Shown here: one piece after another, positions 52,700-64,000 of the stretch
How the letters are laid out: each line of letters starts with the position of its first letter
Position numbering within the stretch: position 1 is the first letter of the stretch
Origin: Octopus sinensis
Lineage: Eukaryota
Length of the DNA stretch: 64,000 nucleotides
Assembly (NCBI RefSeq): GCF_006345805.1
Contig: NC_043003.1
Location: 34,534,001 to 34,598,000 of the forward strand
Direction of reading: 5' to 3'
Program-made: the position numbers and the translations under genes
Notes under the pieces: generated by a model
Told to the model about the DNA's origin: nothing
Databases searched by the model: none
Seen by the model: only the letters and a program-made list of their open reading frames with translations

Positions 52700-53934
52700 T
52701 CATAACGAAAATAAATCAATGAAAATAGACTTGTTTTATGATACAGACTGCAAAATACCACTGAAGGGAAATAACTCTTAGTAGGGTGCTCGAACTAAGG
52801 GAAACAATTTACTTTCATGTCATAACATTTATTTCCCTTGAAACTATTTCAACTACAGTTAAGAGGAATTCGACTTTACTAGTCTAATCTTATCGTTCTG
52901 CGATTAATCGTGATGAACTAAATAATAACAAAACAATTCTCGGTTAAATGGTTATATGTATTTTAGTTATATGTTATTCATCTCTTAATAAGTGAGAATT
53001 TTGTTATTAAATTGTTACTAAATCTTTATCACTAGACAACAGACTATATTTTAGTGGTACGATACCACAAAATAATTCGTCTGCTGTATAAATTTATAGA
53101 AGTTTTTCTTTTTATTTTTTACGGAACATACAACAATTTCTGCTTTAAAATTTGTCAGTAAAAAAACCTTAACATAGTATGCCCCAGTTACACAGTTCCT
53201 TTAACTGAGGACTGCTCTACTCTACACAATATTTTTAGAGGAACACCATATCCAGTTCGATCAGGTGTGTAAAGCGCATATAAAATAAGACACCTAACAC
53301 ATACATTAATACTTCTGTTCTCACTGTTCTGTTCTTACTAGCAGTCTTGAAAGTTTCTATTGGACTGGCTCTATGACAGGCGTCTGAGTCTGACTAATAT
53401 ATTTACCCAAGAGATATCTTATAAATAAATTATCACACTTTGATCTATTTCATAAATGATATTAGGTCTGCACTTTATCATGATTGTTTTGAAGCATAAC
53501 ATCCCAAAATATTGTGTGTGTGTGTGTGTGTGTATGCGTGTGTGTGTGTGTGTTTAAGTATGTATATGTATGTGTGTGTACATATACATATATATACATA
53601 TATCTTTTATCTTTACTTGTTTCAGTCATTAAACCAAGGCCATGCTGGGGCACTTGCATTGAATTTTAGTAGAACGTATCGACGCCAGTGAATATTTTCC
53701 TTTTTCGTCTACCAAATTCACACAAAAGCATACCGAATACCAGAAATCTCGCAAGGCTAATAGAAAACAGATAGATCCGTGGAGTTTTCGAGTGGTGTCC
53801 AAGAAGGGGAAATATATATGAAAAAAGTCGAGCGAAAATGGAAGAAATTGGCACCATGAAAGGAACGAAGGGAAGTGCATTCTAACCAAACTTATATGAG
53901 AACATTTACATAATTTGGTCGGAAGAACGATACA

Positions 53935-53992
<58 letters not shown>

Positions 53993-54029
53993 TGCATAGA
54001 TCCCTACCTACCTACCTACCTACCTACAT

Positions 54030-54077
<48 letters not shown>

Positions 54078-54193
54078 TATATTTATATATATATTATATA
54101 TATATATATTATATATTTATATATCTATATTATATATATATATATATATATAATATATATATATATAATATATATATAATATATCATATAATA

Positions 54194-55500
54194 GGGTCAT
54201 TCCATAAATAATGGGGTTTTTATACATTTATTTTTTTAAATTAGGAAAACAAAGTTCTTTTTGATCTAAAATATACTCTCCTTCATTTTCTACAATGCTC
54301 TTCCATCTATCTGGTAGAATTGCAAGGCCCCTCATCCATAATTCACATGACCATAACGAAAAATACTCCTCCAGCACTGTTCAGACCTAATCTACAGAAT
54401 TCATATTTTTTCCGTCCAAATCATTTTGATGCGGAATAAATGATAATCAGACGGGGCAAAGTCCGGCGAATATGGTGGGGGATTATTTGCCATTCAAACT
54501 GCTCCAGCCTTTGGAATGTCATCCTCACTGTATGTGGCCGAGTATTATCCTGATGGAAGAACACTTTTCGCCTTGAAACCAAAGATGGTCGTTTTCCTTC
54601 TAGCTACTCAAGCTGCTCACAGTAAATCTCCTTTGTTACCGTTTGGTTTGAGTTTAAAAGTTCAAAGTGGACTAACCTTTGATATCCCACCAAACAGACC
54701 TACTTTACTTGTGTGAAGCCTGGGGTGCCGGTGTTTCTCCTTTCTCTACCACTGTCTTCGGCGCCTGAGATTTTTATAGAGACCAGTTTCCCGTCGCCAG
54801 TCATTATTCGGTCCAAAAAAATTCTTAGTCGGTGGCAGCAAAGGAGAGCATACATACACTCTTCTGCGCGCGATTTCGAAAAGTTGGTGAGGGACCCATT
54901 GATCCAATTTGCTGACTTTTCCGATGGTACGCAAGTGTCGATGAATGTTGAATGACTAATTCAAGTATCTCTGCTAGTTCCTCAACAGTTCCGATGGGAT
55001 TTTGTTCCACCAGGGTTTGCAGTACGCCATCGTCGAGCTCTGCAGATCTTTCAGGTCGACACTCGTCTTCTAGGCTGTAGATTCAGCTCGGAATTCTGGA
55101 ATCATCTTTGATACTGGTTTATGCTTATTGTCCGATCCCCATATACTGCTTAATATTCCTTGCACTTGCTGTTGGCGTTGTTATCTTTATTGAACTCATT
55201 AATCAAAATATGCCGAATATTCTCCTATTATAGCTTTGAAAAAAAAAACTGTTAAAATCGAACTGCATTCTTCAAAATTTGCATTGAGAATAATTTCATT
55301 CCCTTTATGCTTTTTGTCATATATCTTTTGTGTTCTTTATGAATTTGCAATGGTATCTAGGTCTGAACGCTTGCCAAATCTGTGCAGTACGCTATACAAG
55401 GCTTTCCGCTTACAGTGCTTTACAACCACAAGACTTGAAGTAGCTCACTTAAAACTCCTGTATTCATTAAGGGATATTCCTTTATTTGACATGAACGCTT
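54194..55500 (-). mobile_element. Decayed mariner (DD34D) transposon, copy 1
   Basis: Frameshifted minus-strand translation contains WVPHQL, RIMTGD, WWDIKG-like, FHQDNTRPH and YSPDFAPSDY mariner motifs. TA followed by a TIR-like end (gggtcattccataaataatgg) at 54192-54215. The 5' end is approximate. Confidence 0.92.
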
Positions 55501-55533
55501 TTTTATTGATCCTATTATCAAGTGAAGAGTATC

Positions 55534-55578
<45 letters not shown>

Positions 55579-56064
55579 CTATCTATCTATCTATCTATCT
55601 TCTATCTATCTATCTATCTATCTATCTATCAATCTATCTTCTATTTATCTATCTATCTATCTACATGCATATGTGTAAGTGTATGTAAATATGCATGCTG
55701 TATACCTTTTCATCAGATGTCGAATGAAGTTCCGCAGGTTCAAGTATTAACAGAAAAGATGATGACACATACATGCATACATACCACACATACATAGACA
55801 CACATGCATGCATACATGCACACACGTGCATATATGCATACACATACATATTCATGCAGCATATATGCCTATGTAGATACAGGCACACATACATACATAC
55901 GTGCATACATACATACATACATACAGACATACATACATGCATACATACATAACTACATACATACATACATACATACATACATGCATACATACATACATAT
56001 ATACATACATACATACAGGCATACTACATACATACATACATACATACATACATACATACATACT

Positions 56065-56102
<38 letters not shown>

Positions 56103-56130
56103 TATATATATATTATATATATATATATAA

Positions 56131-56211
<81 letters not shown>

Positions 56212-56213
<2 letters not shown>

Positions 56214-57540
56214 TCTTCCATAAATAATGGGGTTTTTATACATTATTTTTTTAAATTAAGGAAAACAAAGTTCTTTTTTGATCTAAAATATACTCTCCTT
56301 CATTTTCTACAATGCTCTTCCATCTATCTGGTAGAATTGCAAGGCCCCTCATCCATAATTCACATGACCATAACGAAAAATACTCCTCCAGCACTGTTCA
56401 GACCTAATCTACAGAATTCATATTTTTTTTCCGTCCAATCATTTTGATGCGGAATAAATGATAATCAGACGGGGCAAAGTCCGGCGAATATGGTGGGGGA
56501 TTATTTGCCATTCAAACTGCTCCAGCCTTTGGAATGTCATCCTCACTGTATGTGGCCGAGTATTATCCTGATGGAAGAACACTTTTCGCCTTGAAACCAA
56601 AGATGGTCGTTTTCCTTCTAGCTACTCAAGCTGCTCACAGTAAATCTCCTTTGTTACCGTTTGGTTTGAGTTTAAAAGTTCAAAGTGGACTAAACCTTTG
56701 ATATCCCACCAAACAGACCTACTTTACTTGTGTGAAGCCTGGGGTGCCGGTGTTTCTCCTTTCTCTACCCACTGTCTTCGGCGCCTGAGATTTTTATAGA
56801 GAACCAGTTTCCCGTCGCCAGTCATTATTCGGTCCAAAAAAAGATTCTTAGTCGTGGCAGCAAAGGAGAGCATACATACACTCTTCTGCGCGAGATTTCG
56901 AAAAGTTGGTGAGGGACCCATTGATCCAATTTGCTGACTTTTCCGATGGTACGCAAGTGTCGATGAATGGTTGAATGACTAAATTCAAGTATCTCTGCTA
57001 GTTCCTCAACAGTTCCGATGGGATTTTGTTCCACCAGGGTTTGCAGTACGCCATCGTCGAGCTCTGCAGATCTTTCAGGTCGACACTCGTCTTCTAGGCT
57101 GTAGATTCCAGCTCGGAATTTCTGGAATCATCTTTGATACTGGTTTATGCTTATTGTCCGATCCCCATATACTGCATTAATATTCCTTGCACTTGCTGTT
57201 GCGTTGTTATCTTTATTGAACTCATTAATCAAAATATGCCGAATATTCTCCTATTATAGCTTTGAAAAAAAAAACTGTTAAAATCGAACTGCATTCTTCA
57301 AAATTTGCATTGAGAATAATTTCATTCCCTTTATGCTTTTTGTCATATATCTTTTGTGGTTCTTTATGAATTTGCAATGGTATCTAGGTCTGAACGCTTG
57401 CCAAATCCTGTGCAGTACGCTATACAAGGCTTTCCGCTTACAGTGCTTTACAACCACAAGACTTGAAGTAGCTCACTTAAAACTCCTGTATTCATTAAGG
57501 GATATTCCTCTTTATTTGACATGAACGCTTTTTTATTGAT
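56212..57540 (-). mobile_element. Decayed mariner transposon, copy 2 (tandem duplicate of copy 1)
   Basis: Near-identical to 54194-55500. ORF-track fragments ILEFSHSTIHRHLRTIGKVSKLDQWVPHQL and FLDRIMTGDGKLVLYKNLRRRRQW. Confidence 0.92.
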
Positions 57541-57559
57541 CCTATTATCAAGTGAAGAG

Positions 57560-57663
<104 letters not shown>

Positions 57664-58106
57664 AATCTATCTTCTATTTATCTATCTATCTATCTACATG
57701 CATGTATGTGTAAGTGTATGTAAATATGCATGCATGTATACCTTTTCATCAGATGTCGAATGAAGTTCCGCAGGTTCAAGTATTAACAGAAAAGATGATG
57801 ACAACATACATGCATACATACACACACATACATAGACACACATGCATGCATACATGCACACACGTGCATATATGCATACACATACATATATTCATGCATA
57901 CATATATGCCTATGTAGATACAGGCACACATACATACATACGTGCATACATACATACATACATACATACATACATACATACAGGCATACATACATACATA
58001 CATACATACATACATACATACATGCATACATACATACATATATACATACATACATACAGGCATACATACATACATACATACATACATACATACATACATA
58101 CATACA

Positions 58107-58138
<32 letters not shown>

Positions 58139-59843
58139 AATTCTTTGACACAAGATCATAAATTTGAAGAGGGAAGAAAATTATGTTTTAACGTTCAGTA
58201 TTAATTTGCAGCATATAAACAGAAATATGACGCTGAGTTGTTAAACTAATATGGAAAAATATTATCAGCTGGATCTAAAATCGCATTAAATGTTGTAAAC
58301 TCAGTAATATGTACTGGGCAATGCATCAACAACATATAATGCAACTTTGAATATGAGCGTGGCTAGAAATGTTCTACGCTGATAAACAAATATTTATACA
58401 TCACTCGGACTTACCGCAAGCTATAAACGTGCCAACATAGATAGCTGAACGGAGTCATTCGATCAGCTAGAAATAACAGTCAGCCCCCCACCCCCTTAAA
58501 TCACACGCTGCTACCTTGGAAAGAACATGATGGAAAACATAGTCCTGGTTTCCCTGTGCATTAGGAATGATCATGGCTGGCGTGCATTTAACCTTGTCTG
58601 TTCAGTCAGGGTTGACCTGCAATCTAGTTAACAAAAGACTGCATAGGTAACAATGCTGTCAGCAAGATAGGTAAAACTATAGATGCAATTATAAACTAAA
58701 CTTCCCGCATTTGAATGTAACTGTAGCCGTTGTTGCAGCAGTATTTAGCGACAATGCACGTCTTTCAATCTAAATGAACAACCACTTCACAGCACTATTT
58801 ATCCTTTCGTTCGCTGAACACTAAACATGGGCTACTAGACCCCCGATCGGAAGATTTCCTCAGTCACCATCTCACCCTTGTACACCATTTACAGCTGAGA
58901 GAGCTGGAACAACGTGAAATGAAGTATTTTGCTGATGAACATAACGCACAGCCAGTCTGGGAATCGAAGCCATGATCTCGCGATTGGTGAGTTCAATACC
59001 CTAATCACTAGGCCACTTGACTACAGTACTGAGCAAAGTTTTCATCATTGTAGATGATCGTGAGAAAAATTGAAAATATCCTCAAGAGTAGGCATACTAA
59101 GGAAAACAAAACAAACATTTTTATTCAGATTCAGAGGAAAGAAATTACCCTCAATAGTTTATTTTTTTTCTTTTGTGAATCAATACCACAACACAGTGAT
59201 CAAAACAGAAGTCCTCCATCAACCTATGAAGACAAATAAATAAAAATGAAGCTTGCTCTTCTTGAGAATAAAATATATTATCCTGTTGTAGCCTTTTGAA
59301 ATACATAAACATACCAATAAAATAACTGTATTTTAGATGTTCAAAATCATACAGCCTTTAATACTTGTGTATGTCTCGCACTGACCAACAATTCTTTATC
59401 AGTCTTGTAAAGGCGCTTGATCAACTAAAAATCGCAATGAAATTTCCCTCAAATTACACCAGCCATCTTAATAACAGTTGCATGGTGTCCTGGTCACATT
59501 ATCCTGAAAACCTCTGGGAGTTGTTATAATTGTAAAATGCTTCATCACGGAACTGCTAGGTCAGGTTCAACATGGGACTCAACAGTAACAACAGTATCGA
59601 CTTTCTACCCACCACAAACTGTTAGTGAATGAGATCCTATGTACTATTAAATTAGATTAGTAATAGGAGAAGTTGAACGTAGTAATTTTCACTAAACTGT
59701 CTCGTCCACTTAATTGACTGATGACAAATTGTGGTAGAAACAGCAGCCAATTCACACTCAAAGCACGTCCTACAGTTGAATGAAGATGGTTACACTGGGT
59801 TGTGTAATTATAGACACATTATGTCAGAAAAGATAAGATATTA

Positions 59844-60260
59844 GGCGCAGGAGTGGCTGTGTGGTAAGTAGCTTGTTTACCAACCACATGGTTCCGGGTT
59901 CAGTCCCACTGCGTGGCACCTTGGGCAAGTGTCTTCTACTATAGCCTCGGGCCGACCAAAGCCTTGTGAGTGGATTTGGTAGACGGAAACTGAAAGAAGT
60001 CCGTCGTATATATGTATATATATATATGTATATGTGTGTGCGTGTATGTTTGTGTTTGTCCCCCTAGCATTGCTTGACAACCGATGCAGGTGTGTTTATG
60101 TCTCCGTTACTTAGTGGTTCGCCAAAAGAGACCGATAAAATAAGTACTGGGCTTACAAAAAGAATAAGTCCCGGGGTCGAGTTGCTCGATTAAAGGCGGT
60201 GCTCCAGCATGGCTGCAGTCAAATGACTGAAACAAGTAAAAGAGTAAAAGAGTAAAGAGT
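59844..60260 (+). mobile_element. SINE family B, near full-length
   Basis: tRNA-like head ggcgcaggagtggctgtgtggtaag, B-box gggttcagtccc, internal AT/GT microsatellite, 3' hairpin cagtcaaatgactg and (gtaaaaga)n tail. Confidence 0.92.
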
Positions 60261-60512
60261 ATTATTGTCACATCATTTTGTTGAATACAATATAAACATA
60301 CTGGACCCGATCTGACATGAGCGAACTACAACAGCAGTAACCAATGGCGAACGAAAACATGTGAAGACAACTATTATTTTATAACAGTCACATTCTAGAG
60401 CATGTATGACCGTGTGTGTGTGTGCGTGCATGTGGTGCAGGTGCTTGTGTGTTTATGTAGGTACGTGTGAAAATGAAATATGTCTTAAATTAGTATATAT
60501 ATATTGTCTCAA

Positions 60513-60910
60513 GGCAGCGAGCTGGCAGAATCGTTAGCACGCTGGGCGAAATGCGTAGCCGTATTTCGTCTGCCGTTACGTTCTAAGTTCAAATTCCGCC
60601 GAGGTCGACCTTGCCTTTCATCCTTTAGGGGTCGATAAATAAAGTACCAGTTACGCACTGGGGTCGATGTAATCGACTTGATCCGTTTGTCTGTCCTTGT
60701 TTGTCCCCTCTATGTTTAGCCCCTTGTGGGTAATAAAGAAACAGATATTTCACTTGTCTTTTCATTTCTGAGTTCAAATTCCGCCGGAGTTGATTTTGCC
60801 TGTCATCACCTTTCAGGGTACAAAAAAAAATGAGTAGCATGTAAGCACTGGGGCCGATGTAATCGACTCAGCCTCTCTCAGAAATTGCTGACCTTGTACC
60901 AGAATTTAAA
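60513..60910 (+). mobile_element. SINE family A, two-module copy
   Basis: Head ggcagcgagctggcagaatcgttagc. B-box aagttcaaattcc at ~60586, second module at ~60770. Confidence 0.9.
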
Positions 60911-61150
60911 ATCACTATATATATTCAGATTTGCGGTGAAATTACAATATGTTGTCAAACCTCTGAACATTCAACCGAAGAGTGTTCAGCTGGTTTCGTA
61001 TTCCTGAAACTCATCTGGGATCACTTTCTGCTTCTCTCAACAATAGTTTACTTAGTTTTTCCATAGGAAGATACACACTTTTTAACTTGAACAGCATGAT
61101 GTAAGAAACCCTTTGTATTTTGAGTATGAGATTAATTATGCTGTTAAGAA

Positions 61151-61740
61151 GGCGGCGAGCTGGCAGAAACGTTAGCACGCCGGGCGAAATGCTTAGAGGT
61201 ATTTCGTCTGCGTTACGTTGTGAGTTCAAATTCCGCCGAGGTCGACTTTGCATTTCATCCTTTCGGGGTCGATAAATCAAGTACCAGTTACGAACTAGGG
61301 TCGATGTAATCGACTTAATACCTATGTCTGTCCTTGTTTGTTGCCTCTGTGTTTAGCCCCTTGTGGGTAATAAAGAAATAGAAATAGGTATTTCGTATGC
61401 CGTTACGTTCTGAGTTCAAATTCCGCCGAAGTCGACTTTGACTTTCATCCTTTCGGGGTCGATTAAATAAGTGCCAGTTACGCATTGGGGTCGATACAAT
61501 CGACTTAATCCGTTTGTCTGTCCTTGTTTGTCCTCTCTGTGTTTAGCCCCTTGTGTGCAATGAAGAAATAGGTATTTCGTCTTTCTCTACGTTCTGAGTT
61601 CAAATTCCGCCGAGGTCGACTTTGCCTTTCATCTTTTTGGGGTCGATAAATTAAGTACCATTCGCGTACTGGGGTCGATCTAATGGACTATCAAACCCAT
61701 CCCACCAAAATTTCGGGCCTTGTGCCAAAAGTAGAAAAGA
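61151..61740 (+). mobile_element. SINE family A, three-module copy
   Basis: One head followed by three gagttcaaattccgccga modules (~61223, ~61412, ~61595) and one tail. Confidence 0.92.
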
Positions 61741-62618
61741 TTAACTATGCTATTAATAAGCATACATAATTCTCATATATATGTTTTTCTACTGTAAGCA
61801 GAAGGCCTGAAATTTTAAGATAGGGGTTGACTACTCGATTACATCGTCCCCGGTGCTCAACTGGTATTTATTTTATCCCGAAAGGACGAATCGCAACGTT
61901 TATATCGACGGAATTTGTATGAATTCTATACATACTTTCATGCAAAGCCACTTCTGTAATGTTGTTTGTTTGTTTCTGGGGTGGAGGAATATGCCTGTGC
62001 GTGTGAGTATGCGTGCGTGTGTGCATATGTGTGCGTGTGTGTGCATGTGTGTGCGTGAGTGTGCGTGCATGCGTATGTGTGAGAGAAAGAGAGAGGGGTT
62101 TGGGGAGATAGAGTGCGCGTGCGTGTGTGTATTGCTCGGACTAAATGTCAGATATAATCTAATTTTGTTCTTTGTTCCGGGTTCAGATTCTTGTCAAATC
62201 GACTGTACAGACAGCCATCTTTCCATTATTTTTATTTTCTATTTAATTTTTTTTTTTTGAGCATTAAAATAAATTACAATAAATTAAATCCACTGAACCC
62301 ATTCTCTTCTAACTGCTTCGCTAAAATAGAATTTTTCATTAACCACGCTGTCTTCTTTTTTTTTTTTTTGTCTGAATTGGAAATGGCCCTAGAATTGTTA
62401 AATTGTTATTCTTGAACATAAGGCATAAACATCGAAATCAACAGTTCTTTATGGTGATTCTTACATTTATTACCATCGCCACCTATTCTGTTTACTGTCT
62501 TGAAAAACTACAAAAGACCTTGCCACGTTTCTTAATCCACATTTGTCAGATACCCTAGAGTTTATACTAACCTTGTATTTGTTAAACGGAATATAACAAA
62601 ATATTATATATATACATA

Positions 62619-62778
62619 GACGCAGGCGTGACTGCTTGGTAAGAAGCTTGTTCCCAACCACATTGTTCTGGGTTCAGTTGCACAGCGTGGCACCTTGAGC
62701 AAGTGTCTGCTATTATAGCCACAGGCCGACCAAAGTCTTGTGAGCGGACTTGATAGAAGAAAGCTGAAAGAAGCTCCT

Positions 62779-62814
<36 letters not shown>

Positions 62815-62986
62815 GGTCCCGGGTTGAGTCGGGGTTAACCACAGTAAATAAGGTACTCAATACATGGCAGAGTAAATTAATTTATTTTATAGAAGGAGCT
62901 TCTACAGGACTAGAACTGTTTCATTCCTGATGATTTCATTTGAATGAAACAGTTCTAGTCCTGTAGAAGCTCCTTCTATAAAATAA

Positions 62987-63040
<54 letters not shown>

Positions 63041-63284
63041 TGTGTGTGTGTGTGTGTGTAGTTGTGTGCGTGTGTTTTTGTGTCAATGTTTGTCCATCCG
63101 CCCACCGCTTGGCAACCGATGTTGGTGTGTTTACGTCCCCGTAACTTTGCAGTTTGCCGAAAGAGACCGGGAGGGTAAGTACTAGGCTTACAATGAATAA
63201 ATCCTCGATTATTTGGACTAAAAATACCCCTTTAAGGTGGTGCTCCAACATGACCGCAGTCAGATGACTGAAACAAGTAAAAGA
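62619..63284 (+). mobile_element. SINE family B carrying a nested ~180-bp insertion
   Basis: Same head and tail as 59844-60260. Foreign sequence occupies 62812-62988 within its internal (AT)n. Confidence 0.88.
62880..62988. repeat. Perfect 47-bp inverted repeat with a 15-nt loop
   Basis: atttattttatagaaggagcttctacaggactagaactgtttcattc / loop ctgatgatttcattt / exact reverse complement. Confidence 0.95.
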
Positions 63285-63517
63285 ATATTTAAGACATTTT
63301 TTGATACCTTCTTATTATAGATAATTTCGTTTTTGATTGTTGATGTAAATTTTTTGCAAAGCATCAAATATATTAGAATGAAAGGAAATTGTATTTGGGC
63401 CCTCAAAGTGAAGGAAAGGTATCCTGCCAAATAATGTTGTAGCAGGAGAAAATAAATGACAGCATAGAGACACACGGAAACATACAAACACACACTTAGA
63501 CAAATATTTAAGCACAC

Positions 63518-63650
63518 ACATGCGTACACACACGTGTACACACACACACATGCGTACACACACACACATGCGTACACACACACACATGCGTACACACACA
63601 CACATGCGTACACACACACATGCGTACACACACACACACATGTGTACACA
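63518..63650. repeat. Minisatellite of ~16-bp cacacacacatgcgta units
   Basis: Repeated catgcgtacacacacaca. Confidence 0.85.
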
Positions 63651-63775
63651 CGCACATACATATGAATGAAACAATGCTTAGTTTAGGTCACAAGAGTTGC
63701 TATGGACAACAGTGCATCGACTGAATATGACATAATGGGCTTGTTTGCTAGCTATTATTTAAGTTGATTTGCGCT

Positions 63776-63812
<37 letters not shown>

Positions 63813-64000
63813 CGCGCGCACATACACACAAGTATGTACATGTATGTATATGTGTATGTGTGTGTTTGTTTTCACTCGTGAATGAACTACCGACTATGGC
63901 TATCAATCAGTTGTCATGCGCGCAAAGCATCTACTCCAAGCAGTCCTGTTTATGGATAGCTGCCCTCCTGGTCGTGGTATTAATGTTTTTCCTGCTCATC

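Noticed and set aside
59844-59915. tRNA genes at SINE heads (also 37565, 60513, 61151)
   Set aside because: A/B boxes are present but they run into SINE bodies and do not form a complete cloverleaf.
60215-60240. CTGAAAC next to a hairpin in SINE B tails as a ribozyme
   Set aside because: There is no CUGANGA element. It is better explained as the LINE-recognition stem-loop of the SINE 3' end.

Overview
Eukaryotic, AT-rich, microsatellite-saturated genomic DNA. The tRNA-headed SINE families and simple-repeat load suggest an octopus (coleoid cephalopod); this is inferred from pattern recall, not a database search. Only one host-gene exon is firmly recognisable: a 474-bp phase 0-0 exon on the minus strand (44686-45159) of a NOL4/NOL4L-like gene (IAETYAFLPREAVTRFLMSCSDCQKRMH...IIDFSVPITQTYLNHMR). 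The rest of the window is probably its introns, although the neighbouring exons were not found. Almost all listed ORFs are microsatellite read-throughs. Non-coding content: three SINE families (one with a 1-3x repeated internal module), a further dispersed repeat family, mariner transposase fossils (one inside a ~2-kb tandem duplication that looks like an assembly error), a hAT MITE with an intact 8-bp TSD, several fold-back elements, and (AT)n-centred palindromes. There are also short TA-repeat-flanked fragments carrying minimal hammerhead-ribozyme-like cores, as expected of Penelope-like retroelements. No CRISPR array, rRNA or bona fide tRNA gene is supported. I found no unambiguous new biological system; the best leads are the hammerhead-like motifs, the hairpin-ended insertions and the inverted SINE pair around the symmetric exon.
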